64,000 nucleotides of DNA from Novakomyces olei (GCA_016906335.1 JADEYG010000003.1:806001-870000), one strand, 5' to 3'; shown: positions 29,503 to 43,417, counted from the first letter of the stretch. Notes: generated by a model from the sequence alone, not told the origin. Translations and numbers: made by a program.

Positions 29503-31099
29503 TCAACCGCTCTGAGACGTTTCCCACCGTAGCCACGTATCAAACTCGTCGCCCTGTCCAGTCACTCCTGCTGGCCCACCAACAGCCCGTACTTGAGCCA
29601 CAGATGGAACTTGAGCCTGGGTCCGAGCTGCCGCAGGTACTGAAGCTTCGTTGGCCGCATTAGTTGCGGCAGGTCGAGGCTCATGCGCTTGTGTATGGTC
29701 AACGGCAGCTGGCTGCACTGCCTCCACGACCCTACTATTCTTGTCCCCAGACGCTGCCGTGTCCTTTGGCCCTGCTCTTACCGATTTTTCCCGCTTAAAC
29801 AGTTTGTTAAAGAACCGTTTGCCCCTTGATCCTTGATCATCACGTGCAATATTCTTTTCCACTAACGATTGCTGCTGTATTGGCTGCTGTTGTCCTTGCT
29901 GCTCTTGATTCTCTTCCAATGGTTTTCGACGTATTTTTAAGCTTTTCTTCAAAGACGGGAACCTTTGGTGACGATCCGTTTGCTGTGCAGATGATCTGGC
30001 AGAGGCAGTGTTGCGACGGCTAACGAAATTGTTAAACATCTTGTGCTGCTGTCCTGGTTTATGAGCAATTGGCTCTGTCCTCTCGGGCCCCTGTTCTCGT
30101 GACTGTAAATCTGCTTTAGCCTGCCGTTCTGCTGTTTGCAATGAGACTATTGTCCGCATCCGCGCATCACTCTCTGCGGGCCTTTGTTCTCCTCCACTGT
30201 AGATTGAAGATAATTGGCTCTCCGCTCCGGGCTCAAAGGAGAAGCGTCGGTTGTCTGATACTGTGGAGGCCTCTGACCTTACTGATCCTGCTCGTGCGCG
30301 AGCAGGCTCTTGCTGCTGCTCGATTTGGCCCTGGCCCTGATCTTGTAGAGACAATTTTGTTGGATTGCCAGGTAAAAGCCCCTTGTTCTCCACGTCGCCT
30401 TTTGCTGGATGCAAAACGGCCTTTTCGTCTCCGTCTTTTTCTTCAGTTTCAGCAGTATTGCCATCGGCATATTCCTCAGCGGCTATAGAACCATTATCCA
30501 AGTCGGGCTCGTGGCTATTCGTACTCGTACTCGTATCCTCATTTACTTCCTCCTCCTCGTTTACTTCCTCCTCCTCGTTTACATCCTCCTCCTCGTTTAC
30601 ATCTTCCTCATTCACACTCTCAGACTCTGATTCGGATTCCTCTGAGCCCTGTATAAAAGCCTCGGCCGGTTCAATAGAGGCCGCCTGCCCACTTTTGCCA
30701 CTGTACAGCGAAGCTCTCTGAGCATCGTATGAGACATCAGCGGCCTGATCAAAATCCTTGTAAGGATCTGAAGCATCGTACCGGTACCTATGCTCGCGCA
30801 AATAGCTTGGCACATAGACTGGGCCATAAGTGCCTGATCTTTTCATGCCCGCCTCGTCCGGCGTTTGCTTTGATCTCTGGAACTGTGGCCGCTGCTGCCT
30901 TTTCTGCTGTTGCTATTGCAGTTAGAGCTTGACACTAACATTATCCATTTCTTACTCTCCTATAGTACTCTGTAGCAGTCAGTTTTTGCTGCCTCGAGCG
31001 AGGCGGCGCTACATGCGGGTTATTGCCGAGACTACGGCCGTAAGCAAAAGCCGCTGCTGCTGCTGCTGTCTGCGCTCCATTCGCTCCTGCTGCGTACAT
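29503..31099 (-). CDS. Uncharacterised, largely disordered acidic/Q-rich protein; one 43-nt intron near 30910-30952
   Basis: A GTAAGA..CTAAC..AATAG intron joins MYAAGANG...EYYRR in frame to the 447-aa ORF. No recognisable domain. Confidence 0.7.
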
Positions 31100-31405
31100 T
31101 TTCCGCGCGGCCTGATAAAGAGCAAGTTTGATATTGTACGAATTCAATCAAGCGCCAGTCAGTCCAATGTCGAGTGGGCGCAGCGCATTTACTTGTGCAC
31201 TGCTGTCTCGGCTTCAAGCTTTCGCCTTTATTTGCCTTTTATTTATTATTTATTTATTTATTTTTCTTTTTTTTGGTGCTCCTCGACGCCGCGATTCGTC
31301 GGTCGACTGGTCATATGTCATTCTTTGCGTGTGTTTATACTATTATTTCCACCTTCCGCCTTTGGCGATCGCCAATTGTGGGTGTCGATTACATGATTGT
31401 TGTAT

Positions 31406-31407
<2 letters not shown>

Positions 31408-31447
<40 letters not shown>

Positions 31448-31468
31448 TCGGAATTAGGGTTAGGGTTT
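31408..31468. repeat. (AAT)13 followed by TTAGGGTTAGGGTTT telomere-like box
   Basis: Directly visible. Confidence 0.9.
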
Positions 31469-31918
31469 GTTTCCTGTGGAGCACTATCGACAAAAATTTG
31501 ATAAACAAGACTCTACGATCCAATTATTACTGCTTCAGCAATTTACAAAACGTTTGTCTACTCTGACGAGTCTTTTGCATTTGTATTACGCGCACGGTGC
31601 ACAATTAAAGTCATCAGCATTCATGTATGAACAATAAATAAAACAGGTAGCGCAAATGCGCGCTATATCTCGTACTCCTCCCTCTTTAATCTCCATTTTC
31701 TATCACTTTTCTGCGCAGCCTAAACGGTGCACTCTGTCTGCAAAACACTGTTTCGGAAAGGCCTCGGTCTGCAAGACTAAATACCGGAGGCTTTAAATTC
31801 GCATAGGCTTTAAATTCGCATAGGCTTTATACCCGCATAGGCTAAACTGCACGGTTTTAATTCAACAAAGATTAATGTATTTCCCTCGTAGCGCATACAG
31901 AGCAGAGCAGCAGTCACA

Positions 31919-34900
31919 TTAGCGCCGGCGCTGGTCTCTGATCATCATATGCTCCTGGATGGAATCAAAAACTTTACTAATCTGCCGGTTCTCAGCGAGG
32001 AAAGGTCTAGACCAAAACTTGCTGGCTGGATCACGCAGCAGCTCGTGGAAGGTCATTAAAAGCCCCCACGGGTGAGGGCGGTGAGGGATGAGTCGTTCCA
32101 GAACGACTCGGGTCAGCTGCTCCTGCACAACGAGCTCGTTTGGCCCAGCATTGTTCCAGATGGCAAGAAAGAGCTGCAAGAACCAGGCAGTGTGGGCGTT
32201 TGGGTACCGCAGGTGGTTGGCAATAGCGCTGAAGAGGTAGTACCTGCCCTCTGCGTCCATGGCACTGCTCAAGCTGAGGACCAGCCGTACTCCGGGCTGC
32301 CCGAGGTCGAGGGCAAACGCCTTACGGCCCTGTTCAACGTTTTCCTGTACCGTCTGTGCTCCGGCAAAGAAGACGACGGCATTTAGCAGCAGTACAGGAT
32401 AGCCTTGAGCAGTCTTGCGCTCTGCCAAGTACTGCCCTATCTGTGCAATATGAACCGACGGCTGGACGTTGGCATTGCCATTATTATTGATATTATTGCC
32501 ACTGACATTATTATTGCCATTATTATTGCCATTATTACTGCCATTATTACTGCCATTATTATTGCCATTATTACTGCCATTGCCATTGCCACTGACATTA
32601 TTACCATTATTACCATTATTGCCATTATTACTGACATTATAAGCCAAAGACCCCAGTTCTGCGAGAACGAGCGGCCGCAGTTTACCCATAACCTGTACGA
32701 AATCAAACTCGTACTCTGGCACATCGTTGCAGGCCTGCAAATCCTCAAAATGTGTCTGTTCGTGAAACGGATTGGCTGGTTCTTCAGCATCGGGAGAGGC
32801 AAGAGTGCTGAGGATTATATTGCGTACTTGAGTGCACTGCTGAGGCGTGGCACACACGAGCCGCATAAAGTTACGGCTCAGCAGTTCAGGTCCGTCGTGC
32901 GCCACTACAAGGCAGATGCGTACGAAGCCCTTGAGCATGAGCCGAGTGGCAATAAGCTCACGGGTCTCTGCCTGACGAAGAGTATGCCGTAGAAAATCGA
33001 GAGCCGCTACGAGCAGATCGAGCAGGCAGGCAGAACCTTCCCGTCCGCTTTGCAGGAGCGTTGGCATTAGAGCACGATGCGAAATGGCCGCTAGCCAGGC
33101 GAACGTAAAGGCTGGAAAGTGCAGAGGCTGAAGAGCCAGAAGGCTGCGGGCGATTGCCTGTGCAAAGGAGTGCCACTCTGCTGTGCCAAGGACAGACTCG
33201 AGACTCGATATTTCGAGCGTCAGTGAGGAGATGAACCTGTAGCACACGTGCTGATCAAAGTCAGCGCCCTGCCGCTCGTGCTCGCTGCCGATTACGAGCA
33301 CACAGAGAGACAGGCACTGCTCCAGCAGTGCCTGTCGTGCTGACACTGGATTCAAATTTGAATTTGTATTCAAATTTTGATTTGAATTTGAATTTGTATT
33401 CAAATTTTGATTTGAATTTGCATTCAAATTTGAATTTGTATTCAAATTTTGATTTGAATTTGAATTTGTATTCAAATTTTGATTTGAATTTGCATTCAAA
33501 TTTGTATTCAAATTTTGATTTGAATTTGCATTTAAATTTGCATTCAAATTCAAATTTGAAGCACTTTCTTGCGTATAGAGCACGACAGACTTGACAAGCT
33601 TGGCCAGAGCGTCAATGGGAACGTACCCCTGAGCGCTATCTGCTCCGGCCATCACGTATTTGCTCCACGAGTCGATACTAGCCTCAAAGGCGACGCGTAG
33701 AAACGTGTAAAACAGTGATCCATTGCCGCCGAGAATGCCTTGCGAGTGCAGTTGGAACACAAACGCGGCCACTGCTCGCTCGTCTCCGGAACAGTGCTGT
33801 ACTAACCGGATCCACTCGGAGAAGACGTAGCTCAGCTGCTCTTTCACTACCGCCTCGTCCGGCCGAGACGAGGGCGAAGCGTCTGAAAGCGCAGAGGCAG
33901 ACTGAGGCTGAGAGTGGAGCAGTGCAGACAGCTCATGTACACTCGCCTGCAGTTTGCCACTCGAAAAAGCAGTTTTATTCTCATTAGCTCCTTCTGTAGC
34001 TATTCCTATTCCTGCCGCCTCTTCAATGGCTCCAGCGACTCGGGAAAAGTCAGTGACAAAAGCGTCTGGCTGCCGGGAAAACACGGCGAGTCGGATAAGC
34101 TCAACGGCAAAAGGCACATACTCCCATTTGCCCTGAGCAACGGCCCTGGCCAGCTCTGTATCAAGGTCACCAGCACTGACTATACCCACCTTGATAAAGG
34201 CAGTGTATAGTGCAGCATCCAGCTTGCTAGCATCGTCTGTGCGCAGCAGGTACTGCGTCAGGAATACATCTGCCGCTGGAGAAATGGCCTTGAGCCGCTC
34301 GAGCACAGTCAAGCAGGTATCGAGGGCAAGAGACGATGTCCGCAAAAGGTAAAGCGTCTCTAAGGCCGCCTGAGCACAGTACACCATTACCTCTGCATCT
34401 GCTACCATTCTCGTGTCCGACAGCAGAGCTGCTACTGCCCTCAGCACTGCCTGTGCCTCATTATCTGCTGGAATCTCTCGCAGACTCGTGTACTTCGTCT
34501 CCAAAAGGCACCTGCCAAGATCCGCCATTGTAGATTTTGCCCTCTCCATAAACACTGCATTGACAGAAGAAGCATTAATAGTAGAATTGGCAGCATTAAC
34601 AGAAGCATTAACAGAATTATTAATAGTAGAATTAACGGCAGAATTAACGGCAGAATGGCCTAGACTCTGATCAGCACCAACGTCATTGGCCTGTCCACTG
34701 TCCGGGAAGGGAGCCGTGTCGGTGCCGCTCGGACCTAAAGGCCTCCGGCTTTCACTCTCTGTGGCAATAAAAGCAGAGCCAGAGCCATCGCCGACTCTTG
34801 TCTCGGCAATGCTCTTGTAAACTTGCAGCTGCTCAGGCAAAAGGCCCTGCGGATTGAGGCGCAAAAGCTCAGGCAGGTTGAAATCTACAAACCTCTGCTC

Positions 34901-37900
34901 GTCTACAAACGGCTGCCCTGGACGGGACTCGGCGTGCTTGCGTCTGGCAGAGTAAGCAGGTGCCAGAGCCTGGTCAACAGCGAAAACTGCTCTTTCACTC
35001 GCTGCCCTTTCAGCGACTGAGCAGGCGAGGAAGTGGTTGTCGTTCACCAACTCTTCCAGAGCCGTCATTGGCACTTGCGACTCCTCATAGCCGCTCTGTA
35101 TCAGCGGCAGCCGCAGATTGGACAGCATACTGAGCCGCAGAGGCTCCCGGCAGGTAATCAGGCCGAGATTGCCTGCGAGACTGCGGACAGTGGAGTGAGC
35201 GGCACTCTGCAATTTGGCCTCACTGCCCTCAGTAGCGAAATCTTTAAGCAGCAGCTCCCGTCCAGCAATACAGGCAATAGTGACCGCCCTCTCTGTCACG
35301 GGACCCACAATCTCCCGGATTGACTGGTAAATGGCATTCAGCACTATTCGGCGGAGGTTGGGCGGGTTCGATAACTGCAAAGCGGCACTCGGGCTCACGG
35401 CAATACTGCTGGCAGAGTCAAGCAGGAACTTTTGCACCAGTTTGTCGGCACTGTTCTCTGCATCCACGGCCGCCTGGTACTCGTCCGCTGTCGATAGCCG
35501 AGACATGTCCTGCTCAATACGGGACTCTTGTGCTTCCTCCATCCTCTTCTTTCTCGATCTCAGACCGTCCGAGGGCTCCATTGTATTGATGTCAAGCTGC
35601 AAGTTTTTGCATAGCACTTCAATCTCAAATTTGAGGTTCAGCTTCATGTCCGCCAAATGGTACAGCTCAACCAACAGGCCCAGGATGCCCATGAGCCAAG
35701 GGTTGGGCGGCTTAAAGGCCCTCGATTTCGCTGCCTGCTCTAGTACTTTGCAAACAAAGGGCAGCACTACAATGAGCCGATTCGAGTCATAGCCCTCTAC
35801 CAGGAGACCTTTAAAGTCAATGTTCTTGTGCTTGATTACACGGTCCCTTGCCAGGGTCACACTGCCCAGCCAGCTGCCAAGGTTCTTCAACAACGATCGC
35901 TCAACCGTCGACATTCGCGTCTTTTCAGAATTAAGTAGGGAAATGACACTGGCAATCGTCTCTCGGAGAACATGCTTCATCAAGTCCTGGTCGTCAATCC
36001 CGTCTAGAAATTTGATATAAAGCTCGTGGAAATTTGGTTCCCTGCAGGCACGTTTTGCCACCAAATAATTTGCAAACCAGTTGAAATAAGCAGCCACTAA
36101 ACAGCCCTTCACCTCTGTCAGCTTTGCCTCATAATTGGAGGAAGACAGGTTGTTGATGGCAAACAGGATCTTGTCCTGAACTGCCTCGTCCGGGTCAGCA
36201 TAGAACGCTGGCTGATGAGGCAGGGAATCAAGGTTCAGCGAGGTAAAGGGAAGTGTGGGGGGCTCTACAATCGTATTTGCTCTCGGCTCTTCCGCCGCTT
36301 TTGTTGGCGCAGACATAAGGATTGTCTTTATAGACTCCACTATATCCGGGTGAGTCAGGCCCAAGTAAGGGATCTCCAACACCTTCTGGCAGTATGTCGG
36401 ATGGTATACAAGACGCTGCTGAAACTGCACGAGAGCTTGAATACCAAACCTAAACATATTCGAGTCCGGAGGCTCACGCAGAGAATTGTATACAAAGTTA
36501 AGGGCGACTGATAATGGGACAGCAGAGAGCAGTCCGTACTGCACAAGACTGCCAAAGAGTACGGCCGTCACTGCTAGAGCGTTTAGTGGGTAATCAGGGA
36601 AAAACCTGTACTCGTCAAACAGACTGTGCAGGGTACAGGCAAAAACATCCAAGTCTCTTCTGCTGTCTGAGGCTTTTAGCTTCTGCAAATGCATCACGAC
36701 ATCAGTAATTGATATTTCGTGCTCATAAAGCCGCTGGTAGTTTGCCTCGATATCTTTTTCCACGTCAATAGGGAACCCGTTTGTCTCTGAGTTTTGCACT
36801 ACAAGCTCGTCCTTGCCAAAGCCCATGGCGAAGAGACGGGGGTAGACTTGCAAGCAGGCAATCTCCACTGACTTTAGATTTTCATCAAGACCATCAGACT
36901 CGGAGCAGTCTATCAAAGCTTGCAAAATCTCTTGCACAATATCCACCCTGAGCGAAGCAGAGAGAGGCGCGACGCCTCCTGAGGATTGAGCAGCTTCTGC
37001 AGAAGCTTTTGCTGAAAGAAACTCCAAGCAGGCAGCGTATGCTTCAGACTTTGTATCTGAATCCTCAGCGAGATAAGTGTCAAGCCAAGTTTTCACATCT
37101 GCGTACCCACGAACAGATGCGGCACTGATTATATTAAGAGCCATCTTGTGTGGCAGTGAATTATAAAGCGTTTCTAATATATCGATTTCCTTGCATATGG
37201 TAACGATATGGGAAACCGTCTTTGGCTCAGAGTTCATAATGTCTCTAAACGCGCCTTTCAGCGTGTCTGGCTGCATGTGCCAGAGACGGTAAAATGCCAA
37301 TAGGCCACTTTTATGGCCCTGGAAGAACATGCGCATGCACTGGGACACAATCGCTTCCTGAGCTTCGTTCCACGGAGGTCCTTGTTCAACTACGCCGAGA
37401 AAGATAAGCTCTGGTGTAGTTTTAAGGCTGTACTCCAAGAGCTCTGCGGTCTCTTCCCTTGCCGAGGAAGAGAGCAAATCCACACAAGCATCCACCAGTT
37501 CAAACGAGTTGAACAGATTCCCAAACAGTCCTACTGCAATTGCCACAATCTTCGAGGGCGCATCTTTAAAATACTCGGGTATAATGACGCGCTTTGTGCC
37601 AAGATGGTCTAGCGTCACCGCGCGCTGACTTGGACTCGCAATCTGACGAACCAGGGATATCTGCGATTGCGGATGAGCCCATTTCTTTAGGGCAAATTCC
37701 ATGGAAAAAGGTTGGTGGGACGCTTCAAAGCCGCTGAGCAACATGTTTATAAACACCTCAAACGCATTCGAGTCCTCAATAAAGAAATTTGGTTGGTCGA
37801 GTTTATACACAATCGATGACCAATCCAGTTTGTACATTGACGAAAGCACACGAGCAATCATCCCGCCATCCCACTTTTCCAGATCGAAATTAGTTACAAT

Positions 37901-38861
37901 ATAGATGATCAACTGTGCGATATCCATGTCCGTCGGCCAATAATCTGCTGGCAGATTATTGAGCAAGAGGCCCTTGAAATGATCCGCGGTATGGATATCC
38001 TTGGACATGGTGTTCTCCAAGATGGATACAAGCCTTGCGCCTTCTCCATTATGCACATGCTTGCTTTCAAGACCAAATTTTTGAAACACCAGGTCTTGGA
38101 AAACGGCACGGTCTGCTGCATTCAGCGCTTTACTCATAGTCGCCACTTCCTCCGAGTTGAGAAACACCTCGGGAATATTTTCAAAGAATGAGCCAACATT
38201 ATCAGAAATAATCGACTGTGCCTGTGTCGCCAACCGTGTATCGCTGCTATGCGTCAAAGACGAAGCTAAAACAACTTTTTGTGCGGGTTCTAGATTAAAG
38301 AAATCAAATAACGATTTCAAGTCAACCCCTTCATACGCCTCCGGGCCCGAACTGGCTGCAGCCTCTCCAAACGCAATAGCTCGAGAGGGTGCTGCAGAAA
38401 GACTACTGAGCTGCTCGCCAAGTAAGCGAACGAGCGAAGGAATCTCCGCCGCCGTTTGCCTCTCGAATATACGAGGAACAACGGTGGAGATAAGCCGTCT
38501 CAGAAAATGGATATATATATCGAGCCCGTTCTGCGAAATGAGCTAGAAACTTTTAGCTTGCTCTGACAAAAGAAAAAGAAAAAGAAAAAAAAAAAGACCA
38601 TAAAACGTCTGGCGCCAGTCTTAAACTTACCTGTTCTAACTGTTTAACTTTAGCGTCATACTGATCCTCTCGGATTGTCGATAGAATAAAATAGACCTGT
38701 GCCTTTATCACCTTTTCAACGCTTGCAGACTGCGGCTTAGAGCCGTCTGCTAATAAATTAGAAGGAACACCGCCTGCTGGCACGCTCGCAGGCGGACCGT
38801 GTCCGCCAGCTGGCGGCGAAGGTCCGCTCCGTGCAATCCCCGTACCAGACTCCTTGTTCAT
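31919..38861 (-). CDS. NOT1: CCR4-NOT scaffold subunit Not1; intron 38543-38630
   Basis: LFDEYRFFPDYP...TAVLFG, MIF4G DKILFAINNLS, LLKNLGSWLGSVTLA, LKFEIEVLCK, and C-terminal NHLRYPNAHT and ERLIPHRPHPWGLL. Confidence 0.97.
33348..33560. repeat. Palindrome-containing minisatellite (TTCAAATTTGAA/TTCAAATTTTGATTTGAATTTG) inside NOT1
   Basis: Directly visible; translates as (NLN(A/T)NSNQ)n. Confidence 0.9.
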
Positions 38862-39610
38862 GTGGCCCAGGAGGTCATTGTCAGGCGATTATTGTGCGGA
38901 CAAAAAAGGTCAGTGCAAAATTGCAGTATTCTCTATCAACTGTAATGAAAATATCGCAGACGATTACGCGTTCGCTTTTGCGCAATAAGCAAAAAGGCTC
39001 TGACGCGCTCAGCACCGCTGATCCAGTCTCTATATAATTGCAGCACTAATTTTTCCAATGCCTCGTCCTCACGGGCAGAAAACCCTGATTAAGTAAGGTG
39101 GAATAGGTGATGTGTAAAATTGGCTATTTTGAAACGAGAATACACTCGTTTGCTACTGTTGATGTACGCTGAAAGTTTGGAAATGATAGTGCTGTATAAA
39201 TCCTTGCTGTCACGTCCGACGTCTGCTTCGTGACGTTACCGTGGCAACGCAGAGTGCCGTCGTGGTCCTTTATTATAATATTGGAATAAAACAAATATTT
39301 ATACGTACATTTATCGCCACTATCGATTATCGCGGTATTTGTGAAATTAAAGTAACAACTTATTTATTATATGGCAGAATACATTGTTATTGTCGCGGTA
39401 TCGCAGGCAATAATACTTGGCTCGCCAAGTTGTAGTGCTATTATTATACACAAATAGGACGATCTATAATTATCTATATAATTGTATAAATCTATTTAAT
39501 TGTATAAATCTATTTAATTGTATAAATCTATTGTTTACAGGTAAACCGTTACACTGAAACAGCGGAGCGAGGCTTTTAAAAGGCAAAAGCTGTTCCATAA
39601 TCACCGTAAA

Positions 39611-42600
39611 ATGTCGGAGGCAGCGGCTCTTACTGTGCCCAAGAGCTATGCCAACAATTTTTGGGTAGGAAAAGAGACTGTTTTCGCCGGATTACTGACC
39701 GATAATTAGGGAGCTGGTGATGGTGGCTTCAATGCCGTGTATGCTGGACAACAGATCCGTACCATTGCTAACGCTGTATGATGTAGGCTTTTGCGTCTGG
39801 AGAACTCAAAGATAACGTGTGAAGAGCTGCGTGCCTTCTACAAGGAGCGGTGAGTCGGTACCCGTACGTTTCTCAATACTAAATTTGTTTGTGTAGAGTT
39901 GCGATTGAAGAAGATTACGCAAAACGACTAGCAAAGCTGGCCAAGTACCCTCTTGGCACGGTGGAGTATGGTTGGATCGGAGAAAGTCTTAAAGTCGCTG
40001 CTGCCGAAACCGAGTCAATTGCTAAAGCTCGGCACGAGCTGGCTGCGCAGATGCGGTCTCAGCTGGATGACGCGCTCGGCAGCTTTATTGTACAAATGAA
40101 GGAAAAGCGGAGGCCGGTAATTTGTGTCCATAATGCCCCGTCTAATCTTTAGGTTCAAGTGGGCGTTGAGCGTCTTCACAAGACAAAGATCTCGCAGGAA
40201 CAGCAACTGGAAAAGGTACAGAATACAATAAATCCTAGAGCTAAACGTGTAGATCAAGGAAAAGTACGAGTCGGACTGTGTCAAGATTACGGGGTACATT
40301 GCTCAGTCGAATATGCTGTTGGGTAAAGAGCTGGAAAAGAATAATGCCAAGCTGGAGAAGGCGCAGATTGCTGTACAGGGCAGTAGTAAGTTCGATTCAC
40401 GAGTAAAGGAAAACTAGAATGAAATGAAATTTAATAAAAATAAAAATAAAAAATAAAAATAAAAATGAAGATGAAGAAGACAATGAAAGAATAACAGTGC
40501 TAATGTTTAAAGATCGTGATTATCAAACAGCTGTGCGTGTTCTGCATGATACGACTCAGCGCTGGATTCAAGAGTGGCGAGCTGCCTGCGATGTGAGTGT
40601 GCAAGCAGCCCAGTATGCTAATGTGTAGAAATTTCAAGACATCGACGAAGATCGTATCGATTTTCTCAAGGCCAGTATATGGAAATACGCCAACCTGTAC
40701 TCTACCGTGTGTGTTAGTGACGACGATGTAAGCTTTTATCCATTTGACTGCCTCATACTAACGGATTTAGTCTTGCGAAAAGATCCGGTTGGCTTTAGAG
40801 AACGTGGATATTGTGAAGGACATTGTTACGTTTATCGACCACAAGGGAACTGGTCAAGAGATTCCGGGTAAGATCGAGAACAAAACACAAGAAAAACAAG
40901 AAAAACAAGAAAACAAAAGCGTTCAAGGCGAAACCGATCTGCAATGGACATGAGACTACTGAAAATGACAATAATCGGGCAGCAAACATTGGCGCCAGTA
41001 TAAACGCTCACGTTGCTAACGTAATGCAGATCCTCCAAAGTACCAAAATTTCCACAAACAATCAAGTAACGACGAAGAAGAGGCGCCGTTCACGGTGGCA
41101 CAGTTCACAAGAGACACGAAACCAGGAATGAATTCTGAACCTTCAGGCTCGCCATTGGCATCTTCAATGTTCAATAGTGGCGAGCACCCGTTATTGTCTG
41201 CAGGGCATGAGGACGAGGATGAGCAATCAATGCAGAGAGCAAGAGCCGGTCTGGACGGTCCAGAACCATCAGTCCTGCGTAAACCCATATCGCCTTTTCG
41301 ACCAGGATCTCAGTTATCTGATGGTGGCTTTGAACAACAGCAACGTCCTTCGTCTTCCCTGCAGCAACAAGATCCAGGATTTGGTCAAAGATCTCATCGT
41401 TCTTCCCTGCTGAGCAAAGAGACCCACAATGCGACTCCTTCACCAGTGCCATCGTCTGTTTATTCTCACAACACAGCTTCTGACGGAGGAGCAGAGTACT
41501 TTAAGCGCCTTGGGCCAAATAGTACACTTTTGTCTGCAACTCCAATGGACACGGCCAAACCAGGTGCCGCCTTTGACCGCCGACAGCGTAATTCTGCCGG
41601 AAATAGTATTGGCGACGACGAAACCCCAAAGCTGTTTGCCTCGTCACGAACCGCCAATCGGTTCAGTGATGACGTTACTGACGAATCTGATCCTATAGCA
41701 AACGCGTTGGCTAAATTGAACGTTGGCCCTAGCCCTGGTGCGAGTCCGACACGTAAGCCAGCCAATGAGCGTTCAGACTTTTCTCCATCCCGCAGACGCG
41801 TCCAGCACAGTCCTATTGAATCTCGAGACTTTTATGCTCAGCAAAGAGGCAATATTTCCCTTGGCCAAGACGAGGATGGGCCTGACACGGTGCCTAATAA
41901 TCGTATGGCAGGCTCAAACCAGATGAAATCAAATCCAATAAAATCTCCAGAACGTGCTGGTCTACGTTCGCCAGCAGGCCAATTGCCCTTCAATAACGGA
42001 CCCGGTGCTTTAGTAAGCAATGATTCTGGGGCAAACAGCGATTACAATTGGCAGCAGCAGTCCTATCGTGCAGAGGAAAGAGGCTATGAGGCACCTTTTC
42101 GTGCTCAGCAAGGCTTTCCTCCAATCCCAGACTTGGGCGATTCAGCCGATATGGGAGGCAACCACTCTCCAAAGGCACAAAGGCAACAGAAACAAAAGCT
42201 TGACTCTGCACCAAACTCGCCTTACAATTTTAGTACACGAAAATCAATGAGTCCAGGCTCGAGTCCCGCCAGAAATGGTGCTTCTGAGTCTTTTGCCACT
42301 TTATCGCCCAGCGCAAAACGCAGCTCGCGTGGGATGCGTTTAGGCGCTTCCATGACGGGGCCTGGTCCGGCTGGTGGGATGGGACAGTCACCTAATTATA
42401 GGGAACGAAGCTATCAGCCGCAGCCACAGTCGCCTTCTCACCCTGAAAACGGGTACACGGAACCCGGCTATTCAGGAGAAATGACCGGATACAATCGGCC
42501 TTCTTCTTTTAACAACAGGACGGGGCCCGTGCAAGTTTCGCCTCGTCGGGAAAAACCCCCTCCTGGCAATTCTGCACAAAGAAAACCTCAGCCTGTGCAG

Positions 42601-42804
42601 TATACTGCTGACGGACTCGAAATATTGGGGTATGTCAGGGCACTGTACGATTACCAAGCAGCAATTCCTGAAGAAATCGGGTTTAATAAGGGCGACACGC
42701 TTATGGTACTGCGCACACAGGAAGATGGGTGGTGGGAAGGTGAAGTAGTGGGGGCCAAACGTAGCCGACGTGGACTTTTTCCATCTAATTTTGTTTCCAC
42801 TTGA
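39611..42804 (+). CDS. cdc15: F-BAR/SH3 cytokinesis protein (Cdc15/Imp2/Hof1 family); 9 introns in the F-BAR region
   Basis: Spliced N-terminus SYANNFWG..GGF..., FYKER.AIEEDYAKRL, FQDIDEDRIDFLK.SIWKYAN, GTGQEIPDPP, and C-terminal SH3 ALYDYQA...DGWWEG...GLFPSNFV. Confidence 0.88.
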
Positions 42805-42998
42805 ATGGATAATTCGGTGGAGGAGTAGGACGCTTGTATTTTTTTAGTAATTTGCTTTGGTAGGCTTGCTCAATGTGAATTGGTGTAAGACTCTCAAATA
42901 TAAATCAATATTAGAATGGACTATGTAGATCGTCAAGTGTAGTACTCTGTATAGCAAAGTAAGTGAATTGGTAGATTACAAAGGAATTGCGGGATTGG

Positions 42999-43089
42999 TT
43001 TTTTTTTTTTTTTTTTTTTTTGTATTTTTGTATTTTTGTATTTTTGTATTTTTGTATTTTTGTATTTTTGTATTTTTGTATTTTTGTAT
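42999..43089. repeat. Poly-T followed by (TTTTTGTA)n x~9
   Basis: Directly visible. Confidence 0.9.
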
Positions 43090-43417
43090 AATTTATTTTT
43101 TCAGGATTACGTTTAAAATCAAGGCACAATCTGCAACTGTCAGAAGTTATTACAATAGACCAAAATAAGCAAAGACAGGCAATCATAATTTTAGTTGATG
43201 ATAAATTGTTGTAATTATCCGTTGCGTGAAGAAACGTCTGTCTTCCGCGCGGACTCGTATAGGAAAACAATACACTTTGGCGAATAATTGTCGCTCTAAT
43301 TCTACCCCTGTCAAGTTGTCAGTTTATCAAAGTGTGGGGTGGTGGGTGGGCGGTATAATATAAGTAAAAGTATATAATAAATAATGATAATCTATCGTTC
43401 GCTATCAATCATCCCAC

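Noticed and set aside
31454-31468. TTAGGG repeats as a telomere or chromosome-fusion relic
   Set aside because: Only two units, internal, and better explained as a promoter telobox.
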